This document shows positions 50,455-62,657 of a stretch of DNA of 64,000 nucleotides, piece by piece. The notes beneath the pieces were generated by a model. It had not been told where the DNA came from. It worked only from the letters and a program-made list of their open reading frames with translations, and did not search any database. This stretch comes from Eledone cirrhosa (taxonomy: Eukaryota). A program made the position numbers and the translations under genes. Numbering within the stretch: the first letter of the stretch is position 1; every line of letters starts with the position of its first letter. The stretch covers positions 6,882,001 through 6,946,000 of the forward strand of contig OZ024760.1 of assembly GCA_964016885.1 (NCBI GenBank). The letters are read 5' to 3'.

Positions 50455-50960
50455 ATATATATATAGGGGTAAATATTGTTGTTGTTGTTATATATATATA
50501 TAGGGGTAAATATTTTTGTTGTTGTTATATATATATAGGGGTAAATATTGTTGTTGTTGTTATATATATATATAGGGGTAAATATTGTTGTTGTTGTTAT
50601 ATATATATAGGGGTAAATATTGTTGTTGTTGTTATATATATAGGGGTAAATATTGTTGTTGTTATATATATATAGGGGTAAATATTGTTGTTGTTATATA
50701 TATATATATAGGGGTAAATATTGTTGTTGTTATATATATATATAGGGGTAAATATTGTTGTTGTTGTTATATATAGGGGTAAATATTGTTGTTGTTGTTA
50801 TATATATATATAGGGGTAAATATTGTTGTTGTTATATATATATAGGGGTAAATATTGTTGTTGTTGTTATATATATATATAGGGGTAAATATTGTTGTTA
50901 AATATATATATTTGAATGTTGTTGTTAAATATATAGGGGTAAATATTGTTGTTGTTATAA
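50455..50960. repeat. ~30-bp compound minisatellite (TA)n-GGGGTAAATA-(TTG)n
   Basis: Roughly 16 units with variable TA and TTG counts. Confidence 0.92.
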
Positions 50961-51089
50961 TATTATTTGTTGTTATATATATGACACATTACCGAGACCT
51001 CTGGCGTCACACAGTAATACAGAAGACCCAACTTTGTACGGGTACAAGCTGAAGCTGAAGCATATAGAGAATATGCCCGTAACCCCTCC

Positions 51090-51875
51090 CACTGTAAAGT
51101 GGTCGTGGAGGTGTCACAACAAAAAGCACCCAGTACTCACTGTAAAGTGGTTGTGTAAGAGTCACAACAAAAAAGCACCCAGTACTCACTGTAAAGTGGT
51201 TGTGTAAGAATCACAAGAAAAAAGCACCCAGCACACACTGTAAAGTGGTTGTGTAAGAATCACAAGAAAAAAGCACCCAGTACTCACTGTAAAGTGGTTG
51301 TGTAAGAATCACAACAAAAAAGCACCCAGTACTCACTGTAAAGTGGTTGTGTAAGAGTCACAACAAAAAAGCACCCAGCACACACTGTAAAGTGGTTGTG
51401 TAAGAGTCACAACAAAAAAGCACCCAGCACACACTGTAAAGTGGTTGTGTAAGAATCACAACAAAAAAGCACCCAGCACTCACTGTAAAGTGGTTGTGTA
51501 AGAGTCACAACAAAAAAGCACCCAGCACACACTGTAAAGTGGTTGTGTAAGAATCACAACAAAAAAGCACCCAGTACTCACTGTAAAGTGGTTGTGTAAG
51601 AATCACAACAAAAAAGCACCCAGCACTCACTGTAAAGTGGTTGTTTAAGAGTCACAACAAAAAAGCACCCAGCACACACTGTAAAGTGGTTGTGTAAGAA
51701 TCACAACAAAAAAGCACCCAGCACACACTGTAAAGTGGTTGTTTAAGAGTCACAACAAAAAAGCACCCAGCACACACTGTAAAGTGGTTGTGTAAGAGTC
51801 ACAACAAAAAAGCACCCAGCACACACTGTAAAGTGGTTGTGTAAGAGTCACAACAAAAAAGCACCCAGCACACAT
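51090..51875. repeat. 49-bp minisatellite (~16 copies) within a plus-strand LINE 3' module (50985-52044)
   Basis: Unit cactgtaaagtggttgtgtaagagtcacaacaaaaaagcacccagcaca; preceded by an RTE ORF end (RDLWRHTVIQKT) and followed by GTTGGTGTTAGGAAGGGCATCC...(GAT)n. Confidence 0.92.
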
Positions 51876-52119
51876 AAAGTGGTTGGTGTTAGGAAGGGCA
51901 TCCAGCTGTAGAAATCTAGCCAAAATCAGTTCCCATATGAGCAAGACAAGGTCACCCAGCCTGGCACTGCCCACAACAGGACAATCCGTCTAACCCATGC
52001 TAGCATGGAAGAATGAATGGATGTAAAACGGTGATGATGATGATAAAATGTTGTTTTAGTACTATTTGTTATATATAGGAGTAAATAATGCTGTTGTTTT
52101 AATATTATTTGTTGTTTTA

Positions 52120-52151
<32 letters not shown>

Positions 52152-52184
52152 TTAGTAGTAGTAGTGTTAGTAGAAGCAGCAGCT

Positions 52185-52222
<38 letters not shown>

Positions 52223-52288
52223 GTTAGTAGAAGCAGCAGCTGTAGTAGTAGAAGCAGCAGCTGTAGTAGCAGCAACAACAGCTGCTGC

Positions 52289-52344
<56 letters not shown>

Positions 52345-52431
52345 CAACAGTAAAAGTAGTAGTAGTAGCAGCAGTAAAAGTAGTAGTAGTAGCAGCAGCA
52401 ACAGTAGTAGTAGTAGCAGCTGCAACATTAT

Positions 52432-52467
<36 letters not shown>

Positions 52468-52764
52468 TGATATAACCACTAGTAGTAGTAGTAGTAGTGA
52501 TATAACCACTAGTAGTAGTAGTAGTAGTAGTAGTGATATAACCACTAGTAGTAGTTGTAGTAGTAGTAGTGATATAACTAGTAGTAGTTGTAGTAGTGGT
52601 AGTGATATAACTAGTAGTAGTTGTAGTAGTGGTAGTGATATAACCACTAGTAGTAGTTGTAGTAGTAGTAGTGATATAACCACTAGTAGTCGTAGTAGTA
52701 GTAGTAGTAGTAGTGATATAACTAGTAGTAGTTGTAGTAGTGGTAGTAGTAGTGATATAACCAC

Positions 52765-52799
<35 letters not shown>

Positions 52800-53430
52800 A
52801 TATAACTAGTAGTAGTTGTAGTAGTGGTAGTAGTAGTGATATAACCACTAGTAGTAGTAGTAGTAGTAGTAGTAGTGTTATGATTACTAGTAGTAGTAGT
52901 AGTAGTAGTAGTAGTGTTATGATTACTAGTAGTAGTAGTAGTAGTAGTAGTGTTAGGATTACTAGTAGTAGTAGTAGTAGTAGTAGTGTTAGGATTACTA
53001 GTAGTAGTAGTAGTAGTAGTAGTGTTAGGATTACTAGTAGTAGTAGTAGTAGTAGTAGTGTTAGGATTACTAGTAGTAGTAGTAGTAGTAGTAGTGTTAG
53101 GATTACTAGTAGTAGTAGTAGTAGTAGTAGTGTTAGGATTACTAGTAGTAGTAGTAGTAGTAGTAGTGTTAGGATTACTAGTAGTAGTAGTAGTAGTAGT
53201 AGTGTTAGGATTACTAGTAGTAGTAGTAGTAGTAGTAGTGTTATGATTACTAGTAGTAGTAGTAGTAGTAGTAGTGTTATGATTACTAGTAGTAGTAGTA
53301 GTAGTAGTAGTGTTAGGATTACTAGTAGTAGTAGTAGTAGTAGTAGTGTTAGGATTACTAGTAGTAGTAGTAGTAGTAGTAGTGTTAGGATTACTAGTAG
53401 TAGTAGTAGTAGTAGTAGTGTTATGATTAC

Positions 53431-53477
<47 letters not shown>

Positions 53478-53559
53478 TTAGGATTACTAGTAGTAGTAGT
53501 AGTAGTAGTAGTGTTATGATTACTAGTAGTAGTAGTAGTAGTAGTAGTGTTAGGATTAC

Positions 53560-53609
<50 letters not shown>

Positions 53610-53619
53610 TTATGATTAC

Positions 53620-53666
<47 letters not shown>

Positions 53667-53697
53667 TTAGGATTACTAGTAGTAGTAGTAGTAGTAC
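52120..53697. repeat. Compound (TAG)n microsatellite with ~30-bp higher-order units
   Basis: (TAG)n interrupted by GTGATATAACCAC, then by GTGTTA(G/T)GATTAC. Confidence 0.95.
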
Positions 53698-53789
53698 AGC
53701 AGGAATGACTTTTGGAAGGAACGTCTGTTATTGTTTTGGTGAAGGGCATGACTGTAAAATCTAACATATGTCATATCCTAATGTGAGAT

Positions 53790-55165
53790 GGAGATAACTA
53801 TATTTATAAACATGGTGATGATGATGATGGTAGAGTGGTGTGGTGGTGTGGTGTAGTGGTGTGTTGTGGTGGGGGTGTTGTGGTGGGGGGGTGTTGTGGT
53901 GTGTGGTGTGGTGTGGTGGTGTGTTGTGGTGTGTGGTGTGGTGTGGTGTGGTGGTGTGGTGTGTTGTGGTGTGTGGTGTGGTGGTGTGTGGTGTGGTGTG
54001 GTGGTGTGGTGTGGTGGTGTGTTGTGGTGTGTGGTGTGGTATGTTGTGGTGGTGTGGTGTGGTGTGGTGGTGTGTTGTGGTGTGTTGTGGTGTGTGGTGT
54101 GGTATGTTGTGGTGTTGTGATATCTATATTTATAAGCATGGTGATGATGATGATGGTAGAGTGGTGTGGTGGTGTGTTGCTGTGGGGGTGTTGTGGTGTG
54201 TGGTGTGGTGTGGTGGTGTGTTGTGGTGTGTGGTGGTGTTGTGATATCTATATTTATAAGCATGGTGATGATGATGGTGAAATGGTGTGGTGTGGTGGTG
54301 TGTGGTGTGGTGTGGTGGCGGTGGGGTGTTGTGGTGTGTTGTGGTGTGTGGTGTGGTGTGGTGTGGTGGGGTGTTGTGGTGGTGTTGTGGTGTGTGGTGT
54401 GGTGTGGTGGGGTGTTGTGATATCTATATTTATAAGCATGGTGATGATGATGGTGAAATGGTGTGGTGTGGTGGTGTTGTGATGTGTGGTGTGGTGTGGT
54501 GGGGTGTTGTGGTGGTGTGGTGGTGTGTGGTGTGGTGTGATGGGGGGGGGGGCATGTTGTGGTGGGGTATGTTGTGGTGTTGTGATATCTATATTTATAA
54601 GCATGGTGATGATGATGGTGGAATGGTTGTGGTGTTGTGATAACTATATTTATTTATAATCATGGTGATGGTGGTGTAGTGGTGTGGCGGTGTGTGGTGT
54701 GTTGTGGTGTGGTGCAGTGTAGTGTGTTATGTTGTTGTGGTGTGTTGCTGTGGTGTTGCAGTGTGTTGTGTTGTGGTGTTGCAGTGTGTGGTGTTGTTGT
54801 GTTGTGGTGGTGTGTTGTTGTGTTGTTGTGTTGTGGTGTTGCAGTGGGTTGTGTTGTGGTGTTGTGGTGTTGTTGTGGTGTGGTGTTGTGGTGCTGCAGT
54901 GTGTTGTGGTGTTGTCGTGTTGTGGTGTTGCAGTGTGTTGTGGTGTTGTTGTGTTGTGGTTGTGTTGTGGTGTTGTTGTGGTGTGGTGTTGTGGTGTTGC
55001 AGTGTGTTGTGGTGTTGTTGTGTTGTGGTGTTGTTGTGGTGTGGTGTTGTTGTGGTGTGGTGTGGTGGTGTTGTTGTGGTGTTGTGGTGGTGTTGTAGTG
55101 TTGTTGTGGTGTTGTGGTGATGCAGTGTATTGTTGTGTTGTGTTGTGTTGTGTTATTGTCTGTGT
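53790..55165. repeat. (GTGTG/GTG)n low-complexity tract punctuated by a ~38-bp constant motif
   Basis: gatatctatatttataagcatggtgatgatgatggt recurs about 6 times between GT-rich runs. Confidence 0.9.
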
Positions 55166-55322
55166 GATGATGTGGTATGCCCTTGTATCGGAACTATGAT
55201 CTCTCAGAGAAGCAGTGACTCCACCTAGAGTGATTCTCTTATCTCTGAGCTACACACTCTCTTGAGTAACCTACTCCAAAGCTCCTTCGGAGGAATATAT
55301 TTCTCAAGCAAAATTCTGATAT

Positions 55323-56793
55323 GAATTAACAATGAATATAGTGAAGAATTTAGCATAAAAGTTGGCGTCCATCAAGGCTCTGTCCTTAGCCCCCTCCTGT
55401 TTATTATTGCCCTTCAGGCTATAACAGAGGAGTTTAAGACTGGCTGCCCATGGGAACTTCTATATGCAGATGATCTAACGCTCATAGCTGAATCTATGGC
55501 TGAACTAGTGAAGAAATTCCAAGCATTGAAGCATGGCCTAGAATCAAAAGGCCTTAAAGTTAACTCATCTAAGACTAAAGTTCTAGTGTGTAGAAAGAAA
55601 AATAGGGCACAGGTGCCCTCTGGGAAATAGCCATGCTCAGTATGTAGAAAAGGAGTAGGTAGAAATTCCATTCTATGTCCCAAATGCAAACTATGGGTAC
55701 ATAAAAGATGTAGTGGGATCACAGGCAAGCTATCTAAGAATGTAGACTTTATATGTGGCCAATGCTCAGGTGCAATAAGTAGCAAGTGTCCACTGGATAC
55801 TAGCTCCTTCTATTTCCCAGATGGTTCTATAGAAATAGTGGACACTTTCCATTACTTGGGTGACAAAATCAGCAGTGGGGGAGGGTGCTCTGAAAGTACA
55901 GTAGCCAGAGTTAGAACGGGATGGAAAAAGTTCAGAGAGCTTATACCGCTGTTGGCCACAAAAGGTTTCTCTCTAAAAATGAAAGGCAGATTGTATGATG
56001 CTTGTATACGAACAGCAATGTTACATGGCAGTGAGACATGGGCATAGCGTGCTGCAGAGGACCTGCGCAGACTGGAAAGGAATGAAGCATGCATGCTCCG
56101 TTGGATGTGTAATAGTAATATACACGAACAGCAAAACATAAATGAACTAAGTGAGAAATTAGGTATAAGAGGGATCAGATGTTGTTTACTTGAGAGAAGA
56201 TTACGTTGGTATGGTCACGTGATGCGCATGAAAGACGACAGCTGTATAAAAAAGTGCAGGGCAATCAAAATTGATGGAAGTTACGGAGTAGGTAGACCCA
56301 GAAAAACCTGGGACGACATGGTAAATTCCGACCTTGCACACTTGCACCTTTCTAAGACAATGTCACCAGACCGAGATCTTTGGTGCCACGCATTATTACA
56401 GAAGACCCGCCTTCCCTACGTGCAAATTTAACCTACAGTCAGTAGGCACCTCCTAACCAAACTTACACCCCAACCCACTACCCCTATTCCACCCTCCCAC
56501 TCCCACCAACACCACCCTTTCTCTATAAAGTTATGTTGGTACCACAACATCAAGTCCAAACTAATGAGATTGTGTAGGCGTCATATAATGTGGTCGTGTA
56601 GGTAACACTGTAAAAAGTTCCCAGTCCACACTGTAAATGTGGTTGGTGTTAGGAAGGGCATCCAGCTGTAGAAAACCTGCCAGATAGTCCTATACGAGCG
56701 AGACACGGTCACCAATCTTGCCTCAAGTGGGACAACTCCCGTCTAACCTATGCTAGCGTGGAAGATGGACGTTAAACAATGATGATGATGATG
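55323..56793 (+). mobile_element. 5'-truncated RTE LINE with long 3' UTR module
   Basis: VGVHQGSVLSPLLF...LLYADDL...PHD-like finger...RRLRWYGHV with premature stops; 3' UTR matches 48338-49255; (GAT)n tail. Confidence 0.93.
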
Positions 56794-57246
56794 ATATTTT
56801 GTTGTTGTTCCTATTTGTTGCTGTGCTGATAAGCGTTTTGGCATTGATACACTGGTTGGATGCCCTTCCTAACACCAGCGCCACTTTACAGCATGGACTG
56901 GGTGCTTTTATTTGTGCCACCAGCACTATATATATATATATATATATATTTGTTTTGCAAGGTTTTTGATATGAAATCGTGTGTCGAAACAAATATTGTT
57001 ATACTTGGGGAGGCTCATATTGTTGTAATAATATTGCCAGAAATAATAACAGAACACACTCACTGTTTGGTTGGTTTTCGCTTCTGTATCTTTTATATCT
57101 CCATAGTTAATTTATTTGGCAATCAACGTCTATCATTGATTGGCCAATGGTTAAAAAAAATACAGATATAAATATATATATATAGTCTATCAAAGTACTT
57201 TCGTTGCACATCTGCAACATCATCAGTGATACTATTATCATGTTCC

Positions 57247-57285
<39 letters not shown>

Positions 57286-57287
<2 letters not shown>

Positions 57288-57760
57288 TCATCATCATCAT
57301 CATTATCATCAACGTTTAACGTCCGTGTTCCACGCTTGCATGGGTTTGGACGGGGGTTTTCCCACTTGAGACAAGATTGGTTGTCTTGCTCACATAGGAC
57401 TGTCTGGCAGGTTTTCTACAGTTGGATGCCCTTCCTAACACCAACCACATTTACAGTGTGGGTCTGGGAGGTTTTTACCGTGTTGCCTACACGGCCACAT
57501 TACAGCGTGGACTGTGTTTTTTTTGTCGTGACACCTACACGATCTCATTTGTTTCGGCCTGGATGGCGTGGCACCAACATAACTTTACATAGAAGGGGGC
57601 GGTGTGGATGGGGTGGGGTGGTGGGATGGGGGTGTATTTTGTTAGAGATGCCTACTGACTGTAGTAGGTTTTACTTTGTATTTAGGTAAGGCGGGTCTTC
57701 TCTATTACTGAGTACCGCCAAAGGTCTCGGTCCAGTGACATTGTCTTGGTGAGGTGTAAG
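57286..57760 (-). mobile_element. RTE LINE 3' end plus 3' UTR module
   Basis: Reverse-complement similarity to 56340-56793. Confidence 0.85.
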
Positions 57761-57765
57761 TGTGT

Positions 57766-57796
<31 letters not shown>

Positions 57797-58091
57797 TCAT
57801 TATCATCGTTTAACGTTCAGCTTCCACGCTTGCATGGGTATATATATATATATTTCAATATTTCAATCATATTTTATTTTTGTTTCACCCGCTTAGCTTG
57901 GTCGCTTTTTTGGCTTAGGTGGTTAATGGCTTCTTAACCATCGTCTCAGTTTTGTATGGCCTTTTAACTTATGTTTATAGCTCTGGTATATTCAATTCCA
58001 TTGAGCACTCGCCAACACAATTCGGAAGTTGCGTTTCACTTATTTCTACTCACCGAAATGCGATTCTCGCTAAATGTTTATTTGTATATGT

Positions 58092-58123
<32 letters not shown>

Positions 58124-58469
58124 TTCGTTTCTGAATTTGTTTAGCAAGATTCTTTATCTGAAAACGTGTGTTGAAACCGATATTGTTATACTTTGGGAGG
58201 GTCATGTTGCCAATAAGAAACACACGCACCAGTTGCTTTCACTTCAATTTATTATAATAAATTTATAAATTTAGGAATTTATAAATTTCCGGTTGGTTGG
58301 TTGGTTCCACAACCAGATGGTTGTTTATATATTGTCAAAGTTCTTTCGTCACACATTCTGTGACCTCTTCAGTGACTGGGGATTCTTTTCTTTGTTTTTG
58401 TGCCTCTCCTTTGTTCTGTCCTATGCCATATTGTTTCTGTGTGTATATATATATATATATATATATACA

Positions 58470-58750
58470 ATATATTAACAAATGGAAACTATATTTATAA
58501 AACCATATTTATTTCATTATACATATTTCAAGGACACCAAGTTAAATTATGGTGTGCTTTCATCAGATAAAATATAATATAGATCAGTTTTATAAATAAA
58601 TATTGACATACCCTTAAAAAATGCAACCATTACTGTTGGAAGCTCCCGGATAGTGGAGTTGAAGCTTAATTATATTATTACTAGTATTGGATATTTTTAT
58701 TTTTAAAATAAGCCGTTGGGTTATGGAGAAAGAGAAAGATAAAGAAGGAG

Positions 58751-58782
<32 letters not shown>

Positions 58783-59050
58783 TGACTATCCAGGAAGCTC
58801 CAACCGTTAAGGTTGTTTTTTTTTCCGGATATGTCAATATTTATAAAACAAATCTGTATTTTATCTGATGAAAGCGCACCATAATTTGCCTTGGTGGCCC
58901 TTGAAATATGTATAATAAAATAAATATGGTTTTATAAATATAGTTTCCATTTATTAAGATATTGTGTATTTACTCCACTAATCTGTTGAGTGCTTTATAT
59001 CAGTTATAAAATTTTTTAAGCTTGTTGAATCCTAACAAATTAAATATAAC
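58470..59050. mobile_element. Second inverted pair of the Penelope-like hammerhead-bearing repeat (arms ~58470-58655 and ~58782-59050); a 3' fragment is at 35998-36110
   Basis: Shares aaatggaaactatatttataaaaccatatttatttcattat with the 30852-31205 repeat; the arms are imperfect reverse complements. Confidence 0.8.
58857..58922 (+). ncRNA. Minimal type I hammerhead ribozyme motif (mirror copy on - at 58510-58574)
   Basis: TATTTTAT-CTGATGA-AAG[..CACCA...TGGTG..]CTT-GAAA-TATGTATA|ATAAAATA; perfect 8-bp stem I. Confidence 0.72.
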
Positions 59051-59055
59051 CTCTG

Positions 59056-59096
<41 letters not shown>

Positions 59097-59521
59097 GTAA
59101 AGTTGACCATGGCATGATTTGAACAAGGAGAACAGAGAGAGCCAGAACAAATACCACAAAGTATTTTATCCACCATTCTAACAATTCTGCCATTACATCA
59201 CCTCTTCTGTCCTTGTCTGTATTAGAGTGAATTGATATCCTGTTGGAGTCTATCTCCTCTCCAGGTTGGAACACAGCTGATTTCTCTCCAGAGATGAGGA
59301 GAGAGGAAGTGAGAAAGAGATATAGATATGATAAAAAGTAAAGTTGACCTCGGTGGGATTTGAACTAAAGAGAACTGGAATGAATAAAGCAAAGCTATTG
59401 ACTGCTACTTTATTTTTTTAATTATTTTTTATTTTATCGACTCTGGAGTGATGAAAGACAAAGCTGACCTCGGAGAGATTTAAACTGAGAGAGGATAGAA
59501 CAGAGAGCTGGAACAAATACT

Positions 59522-60085
59522 GCAAAGTATTCCATCTGACTTTCTAACAACTCTGCCAGTATTCTGCTGTACATCATAGGAAAGCTGAGAGTTGGGTAGA
59601 GTAGGGTTGAGTAGTTCAACTGGAAGGGATTGATGGAAGAAAGAGACAAATATTGCAAAGTATTCCATCTGACTTTCTAACAACTCTGCCAGTATTCTGC
59701 TGTACATCATAGGAAAGCTGAGAGTTGGTTAGAGTAGGGTTGAGTAGTTCAACTGGAAGGGATTGATGGAAGAAAGAGACAAATATTGCAAAGTATTCCA
59801 TCTGACTTTCTAACAACTCTGCCAGTATTCTGCTGTACATCATAGGAAAGCTGAGAGTTGGTTAGAGTAGGGTTGAGTAGTTCAACTGGAAGGGATTGAT
59901 GGAAGAAAGAGACAAATATTGCAAAGTATTCCATCTGACTTTCTAACAACTCTGCCAGTATTCTGCTGTACATCATAGGAAAGCTGAGAGTTGGGTAGAG
60001 TAGAGTTGAGTAGTTCAACTGGAAGGGATTGATGGAAGAAAGAGACAAATATTGCAAAGTATTCCATCTGACTTTCTAACAACTG
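59522..60085. repeat. 133-bp tandem repeat, ~4.2 copies
   Basis: gcaaagtattccatctgactttctaacaact starts at 59522, 59655, 59788, 59921 and 60054. Confidence 0.95.
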
Positions 60086-60118
60086 TGCTAATATTCTCTG
60101 CCTTGGTTATGAGAATTA

Positions 60119-60287
60119 CCGAATTTCCCAGCGCCGAAGACGCTTCATCCTCGCGGAAGGACCCTAATTTTGACAACCAAAAATTTGAAAAAAAATAATA
60201 AACAACCTTCGGCCTCCTACTCGGCATGGTAGATTTTTGAGACTAATTTTAGGAAAAAAGTAGCATCTTCAACGCCAGGAAATACGG
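60119..60287. mobile_element. Tc1/mariner (pogo-like) MITE
   Basis: TA flanks; 25-bp imperfect TIRs CCGAATTTCCCAGCGCCGAAGACGC vs CCGTATTTCCTGGCGTTGAAGATGC (reverse complement of the right end). Confidence 0.75.
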
Positions 60288-60529
60288 TACCTAAAAAAAG
60301 CAATAGCAGCAGCTTGTTTGATACAATATCTTTTTGTTTCTTTTGTAGACTATTTATTTTTTGCTTTTGAACTTGAAGAGATGAAAAGTAAAGTTGACCT
60401 GAGAAGAGTTTGAACTCAAAGTACAGAGAGTGCGAGGGGGGAGAGAGCTGGAACAAACATCTCTCAAATTTTCTCCATTCTAATGACTCTGCCATTATAG
60501 CACCTCTTCTATCCTCCGCTGTACTTTAA

Positions 60530-62012
60530 CCCTGTAACATTTACATTATTTTATATTTACTATTATATTTTCATGGTAAAGGCTTTACCTCACATAATAT
60601 CAAATCTATGAGATTTTTATATTATTTATTTTGAGAACAATACCTTAATATTGGTACAAGTGGTCAGTTGTGGCTGGTTTGAACAGAAAAAGGTGAGAGA
60701 ATTCTGGCCGGATATGGCCGGTTTAAATGCTAAAGGGTTAAACTGAAAGTGTAGAGAGAGAGAGCTGGAACAAATATCATAAAGAATTCTTTTCGATGTT
60801 CTAATGACTTTGTCATTACACCAACTCTTCTATCCTCTTCTGTACTTTAGTCCTTTAGCATTTAAACCAGCCACATCTGGCCAGAATTCTCTCACCTCTT
60901 TCTGTTCAAACTGGCTGTAACCAGCCACTCATACTGATGTTAAGGTATTCTTCTCAAAATATACAATATCAAAATCTCATAGATTCAATATTATGTGAGG
61001 TAAAGCCTTTACCTTGAAATTATAATAGTAAATATAGAGTAATGTAAAGGGTTAAGTGAATTGATATTCTGGCAGTGTCCATCTCCTGTCCATGTCAGAA
61101 CATCTCTCCAGAGATGGGGAGAGAATGGAAATGAGAAAGATATATAGAAGAAGAATCAACTCCAGTACTTGCCTGGCACTTTTTTTTTATCAACCATGAA
61201 AAGATGAAATGCAAAGTTGACTTTGGCATGAGTTGAACTGGGAGAGCAGAGAAGAGAGAGCTGGAATGAAACCACAAAGTATTTTATCCAATATTATAAC
61301 AACTCTGCCATTACATCCCCTCTTCTGTCCTTGTCTGTAATTTAACTCCTTAGAATTTACATTATTCTATATATACTATTATATTTTCACAGTAAAGGCT
61401 TTACCTCACATAATTATCTTACATAATATTGAATCTATGAGATTTTGATATTATATATTTTGAGTGGCTGGTTATGGCCGATGTGAGAGTATTCTGGCCG
61501 TTTATGGCCGGTTTAACCCTTTAGTGTCCAAACCGGCCAAAACCGGCCAGAATTCTCTACCTCTTTCTGTTGAAACTGGCTGTAACTGGTCGCTCAAACT
61601 GATGTTAACGTATTGTTCTCAAAATAAATACTTTCAAAATCTCATAGATTCGATATTATGTGAGATAATTATGTGAGGTAAAGCCTTTACCATGAAAATA
61701 TAATAGTATATATAGAGTAATGTGAATGCTAAAAGGGTTAAATGTGTCTATCCTGGGGCATTACATCAGCACCAGTGCTGTTTAACCCTTTAGTGTTCAA
61801 ACCGGCCAGAATTCTCTACCTCTTTCTGTTGAAACTGGCTGTAACTGGTCACTCAAACTGATGTTAAGGTATTGTTCTCAAAATAAATACTTTCAAAATC
61901 TCATAGATTCGATATTATGTGAGATAATTATGTGAGGTAAAGCCTTTACCATGAAAATATAATAGTATATATAGAGTAATGTGAATGCTAAAGGGTTAAA
62001 TGCTAAAAGGTT
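60530..62012. mobile_element. Cluster of five piggyBac-like TTAA MITEs (60530-60737 -, 60851-61051 +, 61346-62012 - hosting 61517-61737 + and 61786-61995 +)
   Basis: TTAA-CCCT...AGGG-TTAA ends (some degenerate) and a body shared with 472-876. Confidence 0.8.
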
Positions 62013-62473
62013 GAGTGAATTGATATCGTTTTGGAGTTTATCTCCTCTTCAGGTCAGAACATAGCTGATTTCTCCCCAGAGAAGAGGAGAGATGGAGTAA
62101 GAAAGATATATAGAAGAAGAATCGACTCCAGTACTTGACTGGTAGTTTTTTTTTTTTATCAAACATTAAAGGATGAAAGGCAAAGTTGACTTTGGCAGGA
62201 TTTGAACTCTGAAAGAGTGGACAGCTGGAATGAATACTGCAAATCATTCTATCCAATATTCTAACGACTCTCTGCCAATTAGCCTGCTGCCTTAATGGCA
62301 TAGTTAGTCAGGGTCTATTATTATCTTTGGAAATAACCTTGACCCAGGAATGTATTTTCCAGTTCAAGTCACAGTACCTACAGTTGTGTGTCAAATCAAT
62401 GTGGAGAGGGGGGGGGGGTGAGAGAGAGAGAGAAAGTGAGAAAGAGAGAAAAGTGAGAGAGAGAGAGGGGGGA

Positions 62474-62504
<31 letters not shown>

Positions 62505-62657
62505 GTGATATGGCTTCATTGAGCTGAGCCGACAATTGTGTGTGTTTTTTTTCTTTCTATGTTTTTTGGTATAGTTTTTTTTGTTAGGGATGAGGTGGGA
62601 TAGGGGTTGTTACTTTATAACCACCACCACCACCACCCCCGTCACTTTATATGATGA

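Noticed and set aside
51926-53767. 613-aa Thr-rich mucin-like ORF and 551-aa poly-Ser ORF
   Set aside because: Both are frames of a (TAG)n microsatellite with monotonous codon use, no signal peptide and no supported splice context.
53790-54680. CRISPR-like constant repeat with variable spacers
   Set aside because: The 'spacers' are (GTGTG)n microsatellite of variable length, not unique sequence.
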